A DNA stretch of 64,000 nt, taken from NCBI RefSeq assembly GCF_009914755.1, contig NC_060948.1; one strand, written 5' to 3'. The notes under the pieces were generated by a model. It was not told the DNA's origin, did no database searches, and saw only the letters and a list, made by a program, of their open reading frames with translations. Below, piece by piece: positions 12,691-26,462 of the stretch. The stretch is from the human T2T-CHM13v2.0 reference genome, Homo sapiens. The translations under genes and the position numbers were made by a program. The stretch's first letter is position 1. Each line of letters begins with the position of its first letter.

Positions 12691-13320
12691 TTTAGTTCCT
12701 ACTTGAACTTTGCATCATCCAGCCTCCTTAATTATTGTGGCCATGAGACATTACTTCATCCCTTGATTGATCCCAGGCCAAGGTCTCAGGCCAAGCTGTC
12801 ACTTCAGCTCCTTCTTGGTCCAGGGCCAAGTTCCAAGGCTGAGCCTTGTAGCTTCTACAAATCATCACTTCAGCTCCAGATGAATCCAAGGCCAAGTTTC
12901 AGGGCCAAGCCAAATGACACCTACTCCAAGAACACTAACCACATTTCTTTACTTCTCTGTCCTTAGAAACTGTAAAGCACAGCCTCATAGTAGGTAAACC
13001 ACTCACATTCCACCCCCACTGTGAAGAGTTTTTTACTTTCACTTATAAAAGTTTTGATTCAACCTTTTTGCATCCATCCTCCTTAATTTTCTTGGCCATG
13101 AGACAAAGAACTCTGTGTGATATCTCACAATTAGAGTTTTCTAGGTCGTAGTGCACTAATGAGACTGCAATGATTGAAGTCTGGGAATTGAGCTCTGGGA
13201 TGCATCAGCCTTGCGAGACCAACTGACACACTGTCCCCACACTGTGATACACACCCTTCGGGTCAGTCAACCATATAGTGGTCACCAATGGAGTCTGAAA
13301 AGGGGCAAGGCAGATTTATA
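12691..13320 (+). mobile_element. ERV1 LTR 3' part (to ~13170) followed by an antisense gag-end fragment
   Basis: Similar to the LTRs at 19100-19495 and 36100-36467 (ccaggccaagg repeats; end ...gtgcactaatgagactgcaa). Downstream ttgaagtctgggaattgagctctgggatgcat matches 36467 onward. Confidence 0.7.
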
Positions 13321-13950
13321 CAGCCTAGAAACCTGAGGGACACCATCAAGCAGCCATACATATGCATTTTGGAAGTTCCAAGGAAGAGACAAAAACTCAT
13401 GGATACTATTTAACAACATAGTCATAAAGAATGCAACAATTTAAGACAATAAGTAAGCACCCAAGGAGCTCAACAGACTCCAAGTAACAAAAACTCAAAG
13501 AAACAAACTCAAACTTACCTGATAATTAAACTGTCTAAAATAAATACAAAGAGAACCTTGAGGATTTTCAAGGGAAGCAGGGGAAGTAGCTAGTCATGTA
13601 AAAGGGACCCTAAAAATAACCAGTGGATCACTTATCTGAATAACCACCGAAAAGCAGTAGATTTCTTATCTGAAAACTGAGATAGAAAGCAGTAGCCTCA
13701 TATATTCCAAGTGATGTCAGAAAAAACTGTCAAGCCTAAACATTATGATCCACCAAACTGTCCATCAAAGGTGAGGGACAAATTATGACATTCCCATATA
13801 AAAACTGGCACCTTTTACAAGTAGACTACCCTTTAAGAAATGTCTTATGGAGTACTTCAGGGTAGAATGGACAGATACTCAAAAGCAGTATGAACAAACA
13901 AAGATTAAGGTAAAGATAAATACATGAACAAATATGTAAGATAAAAAATT

Positions 13951-14266
13951 TGGCTGGGCTCAGTGGCTCACACCTGTAATCCCAGCATTTTGGGAGGCTG
14001 AGGTGCTTGGATCACGAGGTCAGGAGATCGAGACAATCCTGGCTAACATGGTGAAACCCCGTCTCTACTAAAAATACAACAAATTCGTAGGGCCAGGTGG
14101 CAGGTGCCTGTAGTCTCAGCTACTCGGGAGGCTGAGACAGGAGAATGGCATGAATCCGGGAGGTGGAGCTTGTAGTGAGCCAAGATCTCACTACTGCACT
14201 CCAGCCTCATTGACAGGGCGAGACTCCATCTCAAAACAAAACAAAACAAAACAAAACAAAACGAAC
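13951..14266 (+). mobile_element. Alu (AluSc/Y-like) upstream of CDY1
   Basis: Canonical Alu with (CAAAA)n tail. Absent from the paralogous flank at ~10470. Confidence 0.96.
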
Positions 14267-14871
14267 AATTAACAATGTGCACCTCCACAATTTGTTCTCC
14301 ACATAACTTAAAACACAAATATATTTAATAAAAAAACTACCACTAATTTGTGTTTTTGACATAAAATCAATAAAGGTATAATTTTGAGAACTCAGTAAGT
14401 GAAATAATGGAGGTACATTATACAGGAGTAAAGGCTTTGTATGTTACTGAAGGTAAGCTAGTGTAACTTTAAAAATGTTATAACATTAGAATGTTCCATA
14501 TAATCGTCATAGCAACCACAATTAAACAAAGAAACACAAAAGAGTAACAGGCAGGAAGAAAGCTTTCTGTACTACACCAGAGGGTTGGGGCTGTGGATTT
14601 AGCTACTCTCACCTGAGGCTACTGAGCAAGTTGTCATGCACCATGAGACAAAGCCCAAGCTGTCCCACCAGGCAGTAAGTATGGAGAGGTTCAGGCACAT
14701 GGCATAGCTGCTATTTCGCACAATTTTCACTACACCAGTGGTGACAAAATAGAAGAGGTTCATCCATACACAGAACCTGGTGAAGAGTTGGAGGCAGAAA
14801 GAAGTGTCTATGTGGAGACGCAACTGAAACAAAGGTGGCACAGCAACTGTTCCAATCCCGTGTCTTTCCTC

Positions 14872-16494
14872 ATGGCTTCCCAGGAGTTTGAGGTTGAAGC
14901 TATTGTTGACAAAAGACAGGATAAAAATGGGAATACACAGTATTTGGTTCGGTGGAAAGGTTATGACAAACAGGATGACACTTGGGAACCAGAGCAGCAC
15001 CTCATGAACTGTGAAAAATGTGTACATGATTTTAATAGACGACAGACTGAAAAACAGAAAAAACTGACATGGACTACAACCAGTAGAATTTTTTCAAACA
15101 ATGCCAGAAGAAGAACTTCCAGATCTACAAAAGCAAACTATTCTAAGAACTCTCCTAAAACGCCAGTGACTGATAAACACCACAGGTCCAAAAACCGCAA
15201 GTTATTTGCTGCCAGCAAGAACGTTAGGAGAAAGGCAGCTTCAATTCTCTCTGACACAAAGAATATGGAGATAATAAATTCAACTATTGAGACCCTTGCA
15301 CCTGACAGCCCCTTTGACCACAAAACTGTGAGTGGCTTTCAGAAACTTGAGAAACTGGACCCTATTGCAGCAGATCAGCAGGACACGGTGGTCTTCAAGG
15401 TGACAGAAGGGAAACTCCTCCGGGACCCTTTGTCACGTCCTGGTGCAGAACAGACTGGAATACAGAACAAGACTCAGATACACCCACTAATGTCGCAGAT
15501 GTCTGGCTCAGTTACTGCTTCTATGGCCACAGGTTCAGCTACCCGAAAGGGTATAGTGGTATTAATAGACCCATTAGCAGCCAATGGGACAACAGACATG
15601 CATACCTCAGTTCCAAGAGTGAAAGGTGGGCAAAGAAATATTACTGATGACAGCAGAGACCAGCCTTTTATCAAGAAGATGCACTTCACCATAAGGCTAA
15701 CAGAAAGTGCCAGCACATACAGAGACATTGTAGTGAAGAAAGAGGATGGATTCACCCAGATAGTGCTATCAACTAGATCGACAGAAAAAAATGCACTGAA
15801 TACAGAAGTAATTAAAGAAATAGTTAATGCTCTGAATAGCGCTGCTGCAGATGACAGCAAGCTCGTGCTGTTCAGTGCAGCTGGAAGTGTCTTTTGCTGC
15901 GGTCTTGATTTTGGGTACTTTGTGAAGCACTTAAGGAATAACAGAAACACAGCAAGCCTTGAAATGGTGGACACCATCAAGAACTTTGTGAATACTTTTA
16001 TTCAATTTAAAAAGCCTATTGTTGTATCAGTCAATGGCCCTGCGATTGGACTAGGTGCATCCATCCTGCCTCTTTGTGATCTCGTGTGGGCTAATGAAAA
16101 GGCTTGGTTCCAAACCCCTTATACGACCTTTGGACAGAGTCCAGATGGCTGTTCTTCTATTACATTCCCCAAAATGATGGGTAAAGCATCTGCCAATGAA
16201 ATGTTAATTGCTGGGCGAAAGCTGACAGCAAGGGAGGCATGCGCCAAAGGCCTGGTCTCTCAGGTATTTTTGACTGGAACTTTCACCCAAGAGGTTATGA
16301 TTCAAATTAAGGAGCTTGCCTCATACAATCCAATTGTACTGGAAGAATGTAAGGCCCTCGTTCGCTGTAATATTAAGTTGGAGTTGGAACAGGCCAATGA
16401 GAGAGAGTGTGAGGTGCTGAGGAAGATCTGGAGCTCAGCCCAAGGGATAGAATCCATGTTAAAGTATGTTGAAAATAAAATTGATGAGTTTTAA
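14872..16494 (+). CDS. CDY1: Testis chromodomain protein Y 1 (540 aa, intronless major isoform): N-terminal chromodomain, C-terminal enoyl-CoA hydratase/crotonase-like domain
   Basis: ATG at 14872 ([31 protein letters not shown], aromatic cage F6/W28/Y31) to TAA at 16494, 540 codons, ending YVENKIDEF. Crotonase motifs FCCGLD and [17 protein letters not shown]. Length matches CDY1 rather than the 541-aa CDY2; CDY1 and CDY1B cannot be told apart here. Confidence 0.96.
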   Translation: MASQEFEVEAIVDKRQDKNGNTQYLVRWKGYDKQDDTWEPEQHLMNCEKCVHDFNRRQTEKQKKLTWTTTSRIFSNNARRRTSRSTKANYSKNSPKTPVTDKHHRSKNRKLFAASKNVRRKAASILSDTKNMEIINSTIETLAPDSPFDHKTVSGFQKLEKLDPIAADQQDTVVFKVTEGKLLRDPLSRPGAEQTGIQNKTQIHPLMSQMSGSVTASMATGSATRKGIVVLIDPLAANGTTDMHTSVPRVKGGQRNITDDSRDQPFIKKMHFTIRLTESASTYRDIVVKKEDGFTQIVLSTRSTEKNALNTEVIKEIVNALNSAAADDSKLVLFSAAGSVFCCGLDFGYFVKHLRNNRNTASLEMVDTIKNFVNTFIQFKKPIVVSVNGPAIGLGASILPLCDLVWANEKAWFQTPYTTFGQSPDGCSSITFPKMMGKASANEMLIAGRKLTAREACAKGLVSQVFLTGTFTQEVMIQIKELASYNPIVLEECKALVRCNIKLELEQANERECEVLRKIWSSAQGIESMLKYVENKIDEF

Positions 16495-16883
16495 TTGTCA
16501 GTCTGTCTGCTCAGGACACAAGAACTAAGGGGCAACAAATGCATCATGAGTTGCAAGATGCCCTAATCCATCTTCATAGCCCAAAACAATTTCACCCATA
16601 GCTAAGGCTTGGAAACAGAACTGGAAATGTCCAAGCTATGTATTTAAATTATCACATCATTTTTAAGCACTGTAGCTTTACAAGGAGTAACAAAACAGCC
16701 TCTTTGCCCAAATGTGATTATTTTATGCACACCTAAGCCCAAATATAAAAACAGACTCTTCTTGCAAGCTCTAATATGTATCTATGGCTACTACTATATA
16801 TAAGACCAGAGTTGTGTTTTATTAGATGTTTGTGACAGAGAATCCTGTAATAATGTTGATTTTTTCTTATTTTTATATCCTAG

Positions 16884-16956
16884 AATACCTCTGTTGGGAT
16901 ATAAAGCAGCCTTCCCTCCCAGAAAGACACAGAATGATCAGAGATGGTGCCCTTGA
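16884..16956 (+). CDS. CDY1: CDY1 alternative terminal coding exon (554-aa isoform)
   Basis: Donor AA|GTATGT at 16464, acceptor ttttatatcctag| at 16883. The spliced frame reads ...ESMLK-IPLLGYKAAFPPRKTQNDQRWCP*, 531+23 = 554 aa, matching the known minor isoform. Confidence 0.9.
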
Positions 16957-17520
16957 CTTTATAGTGGCACAAACGCTTCAGAGACACACAATTATAAGAG
17001 ACTTATCTTTTAGCATAAATACTTATGGCTCAAAATCCACTGACGATCATTCTCCTAAACTGAACACATGACTAGAATTGGTGGTGAGATATCGCTTGAT
17101 TTTCTTTTCCTTTATAAATGTCTAGTTCTTACCCAGTTAACAAAAGAAAACTTTATCGCTCTAAAGTAAAACTTGTTACACCACATTAGTGAATTATGGA
17201 ATGATTTTGGTGGAAATATCCAGGTTCTAATGTGTGGAATGTGCAGATTTAGGTTACTTTAGTGTATGTTCTAGTTAATAAGTTAAAATTCTGGACACAT
17301 TATTAAAGGCAGAAACTTCTTTCAAAGCAAACACCGCTACACTTTGTATGACCTTTACAATTATCAGTGTCTCTTTTTATGAGCACACAATTTTCTAGAA
17401 CACTGTATGTGCTCAGTTATGCAAAAGCTCTATGAATCCTGTCTTGTTGGTTTTTATCGAGGCTCCATTACATAGACATAATTGAATAATCCACTGGCCA
17501 CTGGTGATGAATGTCATCTT

Positions 17521-17990
17521 TGTCACAAGATCTCTAGGGTGTCACTTCACCAGCCAAGAACCTCTGTGGATGATGGCACCTTTGTGCAAGGTTCCCTTGA
17601 GCCTGCTTTTCTAATTTTACAAACCCATCTTACAGGCTGCACTCAGCTCAAACTATGGGCTTAGGTTTCATTTTGCTATGGATGCACCAGGCACAGACTG
17701 GAGGCAGATGCATGAGTGAGTGTTGGTTCAGTCCAGCCACTGCACACAGCTTTGCCTGTTATCTGTGATGAGGTAAGCAGGTCAGGTGCTGGTACAGGTG
17801 ACAGCTCCCTGCAAATCTTTAGGTGAATCAGGCATACCACAAGCTTTCTCTTCTGCAGGCACTGAAGAATGCAGTGGCATCCACAAAAGAAGAAATGCCA
17901 GAAAATGCAAAGGCCCAAGGACGTCATCCTAGCCCTGGCATGGGAAAGGTTTAGAGCTGGGGTATCTAAAGGGCCAATGTCCTGCTTTCT
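17521..17990 (-). mobile_element. MER52/LTR1-like ERV1 LTR fragment
   Basis: Begins tgtcacaagatctctagggtgtcacttcaccagccaagaacctctgtgg, resembling the recalled MER52/LTR1 terminus. Subfamily uncertain. Confidence 0.6.
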
Positions 17991-18024
17991 TTTTCCTTTT
18001 TTCTTTTTTTTTTTTTTTTTTCTT

Positions 18025-18731
18025 ATCTATGGGATCACTATGACTTAAATTAGGGTTTTCAAAGGGCTCTGTCTCTCTTTCTACTGGAAATTAGCATCTT
18101 GTCTTTTCTTCACTCTTTCTCTCTTTGACTGCTTTTTATTTACTATGACATGCTATAGAAGAAATGCGTCTTGGCCCAGCATCTTTCTGTTGACTGTAGG
18201 GCTATTTGTCAGAAGCAGTAAGATTTTGGCTCAGCAATAAGGTAACATCTTCCCATTTAAGACCAAAAAAAGGGCTAGATATTAGAAAGGCTCTATATAT
18301 TTATTGATGTATCAGAAAACTTCCCCAGGTCTTACTTTATTTGTTTAAGGTACTGTAATGAAAAAGAAACTTGCACTTTACTGGCACCTCATTCATTGGG
18401 CATTTCCTATAGGGGTAGTAAGGAACGTGGAGGGTTGGATGTAAAAACTGGAAAAGCTGATGATGATGTGACTAAAAGGTTCTCTGCATCAAGAAGATGA
18501 GAAAACCTGTGGTAACAAATGTGGTTTTGAGTGTTTCCAGGGAGAATGTTTCTCTGACGTTTGGGAGTTGTTTCTTGTGGGCTTTTCTGATATGACTGCT
18601 AAGAAAGCAGGAACAATTTTACAGTATTTACAAAGATGTGGGTGGTTTCACAGGGCAAAAAGCCTTGCACATAGGGAACTTCAAACAATGTGCCTTTGAC
18701 TCTCAGAAACTATCTAGGTTTTCAATAGTAT
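18025..18731 (-). mobile_element. ERV1 gag fragment (MA/CA), antisense to the adjoining LTR
   Basis: Minus strand reads NTIENLDSF, compare YNTILQLDLF of HERV-W/HERV9-type MA. Homologous to 37100-37797. Confidence 0.7.
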
Positions 18732-19545
18732 TGACAAAGAAAAGCTACATAGTTGTGGTGGATTATTGGTAAAATTTCTGCAAGCAGAGAAACAGCCTGA
18801 AATATCAGGCTGCAGACACAAATTTAAGAATCCTGCACAATCCTGTGGCACAAGCAAATAATTTTTTTAAAAAAGCCCAACTTTTTGTGTGTGTGTGCTT
18901 AAGACATGCCCACAGCTACTCAGATAAAAAAAAAAAAAAAAAAAAACAAGACCCCGCATTAAAATGTTGTGTCTTTTGTGTAACCAGAGTGCTTCCAGGA
19001 AATAGTCTCTCTCTTTTTTAGAACTTGTACATATTGGACTCCAATGTGTTACAAAGGGTACCTTATATTACTAAACATACTTCAGACTCCGAGCCAAATT
19101 TCTGTAAATTATCATTTAAGACTCTGGTCCCAGGCCAAGGTCCTGGGCCATGCTTTCCCTTTAGCTCTTGTGTGGCTCAGGGCCAAGTTCCTGAGCCAAG
19201 CTGAGTCATTACATCCGCCATTAATAGTTCCAGGCACAAGGACCCAGAAAAGATGAGAAGTGCTTTCTTCAAAACTAGTTAGTACCTTTTCTTCCTTCTG
19301 AGTCCATAAAAATATGAGACTCTTTCTCAAAGTGGGCAACTGACTCTACTCCACCAGAAGTTAACATATTAAACATTTACTATCATCTCACCTTTTGCAT
19401 TCCTAATTTTTAATTTTCTTGAAATTAAAAAGATCTGTGTGTCACCTAAAAATGAGAGACTGATACATTGTGGTTCACTGGGGGACAGCAAGGTTTGTTT
19501 TTGGTTCATGGACTTGGAAAGGCCTTAATTAAAAAGGTCAGTAGG

Positions 19546-19836
19546 GGCTGGGCATGGTGGCTCATGACTGTTATCGCAGCACTTTGGGTGGCCAATGTGG
19601 GAAGATCAGGAGGAGATCAAGATGGAGATCATCCTGGCTAACATGGTGAAGCCCTCATGAAGTCTACCAAAAATACAAAAAATTAGCAGGGTGTGGTGGT
19701 GGGCACCTTTAGTGACAGTTGCTTGGTAGGCTAAGGCAGGAGAATGGCATAAACCCGGGAAATGGAGCTTGCAGTTAGCCAAGATCATGCAACTGGACTC
19801 CAGTTTAAGTGACAGAGAATCCATTAGAAAAAAAAA
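19546..19836 (+). mobile_element. Alu with TSD
   Basis: Alu body flanked by aaaaggtcagtagg and aaaagtgagtagg. Confidence 0.93.
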
Positions 19837-22800
19837 GTGAGTAGGGGTGCCATTCCAAACTATTTACATTCATATCTTCAGCTTGTCCTCTATTTGCTTT
19901 CATATCTGCAGCTTGTTCTCAGTTTTTGTTTGTTTGTTTTTGTTATTTGTTTTTTTCTTTTTTTTTAATGTCTGAAGAGCAAACAAAGCTCTGGACCAGT
20001 GCCAGGTAAAATCCGATGGATTGCCTGCCATTCTTACAAAGCTTAGGAGAAAGGGATTCTGGGAGACACATTGGCAGTCTCCTTTCACCCTCCGCTGTTG
20101 AAAGTGTTGCCTCTGTTCCAACTGTTTTCTTTCAGAGAGGATCCAGCTGTCACATAGGACTGAAAGGATATCTAAGTTAATTGAAGATTTCTGGTTAAGG
20201 CTATACCACAGTGTTACGTGAAGGCCTCAAAACTAACTCCAGTTTCTGACAGCCCATCAGAGTGTTGCCACCAAAATTTCCAGGCTTTTCTGTGGCATTT
20301 TATTTATTTGTTTTTTGTCATTGTGTGGCTAATGTCCCTCCTATTTCTTCTTTGTATGCCATGTTGAGACCTGGAGATACAAGCTTACTGGTAAAAGTCA
20401 GTCAGTAGAAATATAATTCAAAGAGTTGCTATTTTGTGTTTTTTTTTCTTTCAAAAGAGGAAGAATTCAAAATTGTGGTCTAAAAATTTTTATTTGATAA
20501 GGGTCTTTTTGTCCGCCGATGATAGACATTCATGACACTGTAGGGAATGGCATACATTCAAATAAATTTTCCCTGTTTGGCGGGTGATTTCTCTTTAAAA
20601 AGCTCAGCACAGCCATATATATCTAAACAGTTTCTTTGTGAGACACATCTTCTTTTTTCTGCAGAGACACATACTGTGGGGACAGGCGATGGAGCGTTAA
20701 CCTTCCTTTTCTCAGTTTTGACTATATAAACCTGGAATTCAGCATTTTCATGGAATATCTGAGATCTTAAAATGCAACCTAGTAAAATGAGGTTTTTCTC
20801 TTGGGGAAGCCTTGTCAGTACTTTGCACAAAACCCTTGGATTTTAATTCCTCTCTCTGTTATATCTCTCTAACTCTGTGCCCTATCAGTAAACAGAAAAT
20901 TTCCACTTTCAATAATCAGAAAGAAGGTGTCTTTGAGAGACATATTTTAGCTAAGTGCTGTCTTATGAAAGCCAGCCATACAAGCTTTACTTGCTTTGAG
21001 GCACACCTTCTTCCTCCAGCAGCACTGACATTTAAACTAACGGAGAATTTTATGTTTCAACTCAATCTATCTTATTTCCTGCAATTTCAGTATTTTTTCT
21101 AGGCCATAGCAAGGGAAGCCACAAATAGTATTAAAATTCTTACTCTATACAAGTGTCTTGCTAGAATCCAATGACTATATAATCTTTTTTTTAGGCTCCC
21201 AAGTTACTCTGGGTATCTTCTGGGTTGAGTAGGCTTAAGAAATCAACAAAGAGTCACCAGTAGAGAGCTAAAGCCTCTGCAGGAAAATGTTACTTGTCCT
21301 GCTGTCTAGATCCTCTAGAACTGTGGGTGAAGGTTTAGCTTCCATCCATGGGGGACACCTATGTCAGTCACCAGACTCAGAAAAGACAAGAGGAATTCAA
21401 AAACAAGGAATATCCTATCTTTTTATTCAGTCAGGGCTATTTCAAAAGGGGGAAAAAGAGAATAGGAATTTTTTTTATATATTTCTTTAGAAACTTCACA
21501 AACTGTCTGCAGTACGCACCTCTCTAGATTACATTCTGAAACACAGAAATTTCATTGACTGTGAGACTCTGAAAAATGAAAGTGGCTTATTTATGTATTT
21601 ATTGCTCAAGGGCATGACAGCCCTACCAGCTCCAGGACAGACATGCCTAGCTTTCTGAGGGAAGTGTTCGCTTTAGTACTATTCAACAGGTATATCTTTT
21701 CTTCAGATGGCAAAGAAAAGAGTATGATTTTTTTTTTCTTTTTTGGACAACCTTACTTTGACTGGGGAGACAACCCAGATCTTTCTAAGTATTGTAAAAA
21801 TGACTCTGCCCTCTTGGCAGTCATAACAGGCAAGTTTCAAGAGATAATTCATTAAAGTCAGAGACAAGCCCCTGAGGAACACTCAAATTTATCTTCTAAA
21901 TGTCACACCTGCCACCCTCATTTAGAAGTTCCAATAGCCATTTCATCATCTTGTCTTGTTGTGCCACTAAGGAAAACCAAAACTCACTGTTGCCCCTGTA
22001 GAAAATACTCCATAGATGTGATACTAGTATAGCAGAAGTTTTCTTCTCATTGCAAGGACTTAGACAAAAAAAAATGAAAAAGATAAGCAAATGTCCTCTG
22101 ATGACCCTGGTGGATATACAGAGATATTTCAAAATCTAACTCAAATGTTCAATCATACCTGAATAGATGATACATTACTGCTAAACCAACCCCTAACTGT
22201 TGCCCTAAAGCAGGCAGCTTTACAGAGAGCAGAGTTATCCATGGATGAACCACATGTCTTTTATAAAATCTTGAAAAAGGGAGGGTGAAAAGGAATAAAA
22301 AAAGTTGAACTGATAACAGAATTCTTATTCGTAATAGGAAAGGACGGAGTGCTGAAAACTCGATTGGAATCTTATTGGTCCTATAGAGGAGTGAAAAAAA
22401 AATTAGTGAGCCTACTGGAAGGCTTATAAGTGAACAGGACAAAACTTCATAATTACTCTAAACTATTCATAATAGGTTAAAATCACAGAAAAATTATAGA
22501 GCCTTTTTTAAAATCCTGAGAGAGGCTTTAGTGAAACACATGTTCCTATCTCCCTATTGGGTTAAGATAAAGTTAATCTTAAGAGAAAAGTTTATTACTC
22601 AAGCAGACCCTGACATCAAAAGAAAACTGCAAAAATGTGTCATAGGTTCAGATAATATTGTTCTTTTAACAATGCACCAAGACATAACAGCCTTTCTTTC
22701 ATTTGAGATTACACTAAGAGTCTTTTTTTTACATTTAAGAAGATTAAGGACTGTAGACAAAGGAAACTGTTTGGAGCAAAAGTTTAAATAAGTGGCAAAA

Positions 22801-25800
22801 GCAGCTCTCTGCCAGCAGAGATAGAAGCTTGAATAAGTTGTCCACTGGGGTTTAAGGTTTTTATGGCCTAAAAAATAAAGATATATACTTAGTTTGCAAG
22901 CTGTCTTGGAGAATGGGTGACTTAGCTTTGCCCTGGCCCAGGACCTATTAGACAGCTTAGCCCAGGCACTTTGCCTGGGAGCAGTCTGAGGTGGTAATTT
23001 GCAAAGACTGCTTAGCTTGGTACAGGACCTAAAGTAAAAGCTTGTTCTGGGATGCTGGCTCAGGACCAATCAGGGACTGAAGTGATGATTCATATGGGTT
23101 GAGCAACCAGTGAAATACAAAAATAAATATTTCATCCAATACCCGCTAGATCGCACTGCGTTTATGCCCACAAAAAACAAAACAAAACAAAACAAAAAAC
23201 AACTTTATTTTCTGAAAGCCCTCTGAGTATACAGAAAACAACAAGCCTATGCCAGGCATTGGTTCCCCATCTGAATCAGTGGGAGGTTTGTACAAGATTT
23301 TATCTGAATGGACTGAAGGTTCTGTTATCTGTGCTGTCAGGCACAACCTTCTGTGTTAAATCTCTTACTGGTACACACACGTTTTTTTTTGGTCTGGTTA
23401 TTATGTTATGTTGGAATCAGGCCCTTACTTGTTTACTGGAGGTCTTCCAGGAACCCATTCCTTGCTGTTTACATGGGAAAAGCTGGCTAAGTTGTCTTTG
23501 TCCTCCCTCAGAAATGAAAACTCTAACTTCTCTTAGGAGATTGGGCATTGGTCTTTCTGGATACTTTCTGCTGGAGAAGAGTGTTGTGTAGAAAACAGTA
23601 TGTAGGATCTACTGAGGGTTGGTTTAAGTGTTTGTAGAAGAAAGGCCTGTTAATGCATGGTTTTATTTGCATTACATTTTAAAGTGTGATAGACTTTAGG
23701 CACAAAAAGAAAACCAGTTTGGATTATTAGAAAAAGCATATCACAACTAGACAAGGAGAGTAAGAACAGCTGAAATACTTCAAGGCTGCTGACGTGCCCG
23801 TGTAACTGTGGCTACATTTACACCTGTTAAGATTTTGTTACATGAGACTTGGATTTATTTAGCTTTCTTGATTTGATCCTTTGAAACAAAAATTCTGTTA
23901 CAGAAACCCTATTTTCTTTTATGACCTGCAAATATTTGTGGAATGAGTTCCCAGAATTAGAATATTGTTCTAGATTTATCTGTTACTCATATCTTTCTGT
24001 TTTCCAAGAACGGTAGCTGGACCTCACCAGTTGGTTCACAGAAAAAAAAAAAAAAAAAAAGGTTAATTAATATTGTACAAACATCTTAAAAACAACATAT
24101 GAGATGAGAAGTTAGTGATAGAGGTGTGATAGGCTGTGAGACATCTATCTTTTTTTTAGTCCTAATTTTTGTTAAGAACGAATTATGACAAAAGTTGGTT
24201 GTTGGCAAAACAGACTTGTCCTACACTTAGCCAGAATATTTTTGTACAGTGCTGTGGGAAATACCTTTACATGTGCTTTCCTCATGGGCTTTTATGAATC
24301 TCTATTCTACAAGGAATCTTAAATAGGACATTATAAAGCTGAGTCCAACTATAGGTTTGACCCTTAGATACATGTTATTTGGATAAACTCCTCTATTTTT
24401 TTGAGATTCCAAGTGCATGTGGTTCCTAGGCCTGATAGAAAGTGGCTTTTTTTTTTTTCCTCTTACCGCAGATTAGAAAACCTGTATTGGGACTGTGTAA
24501 ACAAAGTATAAGGCTGCGTTTCTTAGGGGGCTTTTATTGGTTCTAGAAGTCAGACGTAAGTCATTAAAGAAGGCACACTCTTCCAGTCAAAGCCTTTGGA
24601 AATCAACCAGCTTATTCTATTGGGTTATGTTGCAAATGAAAATACATTTTTGTTGCACTGAGTAAAACAATTATATTGTTGTAAGTTAAGAATAATCACA
24701 CATACTTTCCGAATTTTAGAGGAACTAGGCACAGAGGAAAAAAGCATGTTTCAAGTTTTGCTAACAGGAGTATACCAATTGACAGTGTTAAAAGCTGTAG
24801 CTACTTTAAAAGAAAGTGCGCTTGACTTTAAAAAACAAAACAAGAATTAGAAATGTTCTAAAATAAAGATAAAGAGATTGTTTCATTCTTCTGTTAGTTT
24901 AGTCTATTTTAACATTTGTCCTGCTTGACATTTATAAGCATTTTAGCTATTCCTAAGTTCTGTACATTTTCCTGTTATAAAAAAACCTACAGTTGAGAAC
25001 AGCTGGTACAGTTCTACAGCTAATTATAAGTCGTTATTCTTGATGAAGATTAAATGTCTGTAAATGACAAAATGTCTAGTGTGGTTAGAAACAGCATAGG
25101 CAAAGACATTTGGTTACTTCCGTGGTTTACAATAGCTTAACATAATAACTTTAAATAAAAATTGTAGCACGTATTCAGATATTAAGAACCTTAAAAACCT
25201 CATGTGGTTTTGAGCCCTGTGTTAATGTTACCCACTAAAATATATTCTGAAAAAAATAAAATATTACCATCAAAATCACATGTATTTAAATGTGCTTTAT
25301 AATCCTGTTTAACTTTTTCTTTTATGCCCCAGGGGCTCTCTGAGGCATCCAAAATATAGGGTTCAGAAAATACATCCTTGAAGTTAAAATTTTATTCTGG
25401 GAAGCCTGCCAAATATTTTAGAGGATTAAGACACTTAATGTTATGAAATCCAATTCCAGATTTCCATAAATCATTTGTTTTGCCAAAATACAGTTGGTAG
25501 AAATGTTTGAAAGGGCAGAAACACTTTTATCAGCCTTCAATATTACATGATAATCTCTTTCAGAAGGACAAATTTTCCCCTTGTAGTTGTCTCCTAATGT
25601 TAACCCTAAGCTTAATGAAACCTTATGTAAAATTATTTTAACCTTAGAAAGTTTGACAAAGAAGTGAGATTTTCACAAACTTATTACAACATTTTAACAA
25701 ACTTTTACAAATTTGCTAAAGAGAAGATTAATGTTTCAAGAAATTTTTGTTGTGTTTTCACTTCAATGCTTAATGGCAGAAATAAACATAATACCCTTTT

Positions 25801-26462
25801 CAATCTAGTTAGTAGGTTCACAGGGTTTTCTTTTGCAAGATTAATTTTTTTGCAGTATTTTTCACAATTTGTGTAAACAGCTTTATTTTAGTTAATTAAA
25901 GAAAATTCTTTAACTCTAGGCAAAATGTACATTTCCATGCCTTTCTATAATTTATTCTCACTACAAACACATTTTACTCTTCTACCACACCTGGCAATTA
26001 AATTTATATACAGTATTCTCAATTACACATTATAGTAATATCTTTTAACAATTAATAACTTGACTATAAAACCTGGTGAGTTTATAAAATTACAGGCTGG
26101 GTGCAGGTAAAGTATGATTTATTACAGCATAGTTAAAGGAGTGGTTATTTTTATACATCTTCAGGCCTTTGGTGGCTTTCGTTTTTCATAAGTTAAAGTC
26201 ACATGAACTGAGAAGTACAACAGCCTTCATTTCTTTGGAAGCAAAATATTTAGCTCAACTACCTATTCTTCACTAAGTTAATTAATTAGATTTTTAAAAT
26301 ATATACATAACACATATGTAAACACAGAGAAAACAGAAGCTCCAGGAGTCATAAAATTTTATTTTACTAATTTTCCAATTGGATTATTGACCTCTTGCTG
26401 TGGCCCTTTAAGAAATGGGCTATGAATAGTTTCCAGGGCCTAATAAAAAAAGTCTCACTGAT

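Noticed and set aside
14788-14871. 28-aa N-terminal extension of CDY1 in the ORF track (568 aa)
   Set aside because: It starts at TTG. The first in-frame ATG at 14872 gives the known 540-aa protein.
14599-15980. Antisense ORFs of 142, 61 and 168 aa over CDY1, and similar ones over the pseudogene
   Set aside because: Shadow frames of the sense CDS with no recognisable domains.
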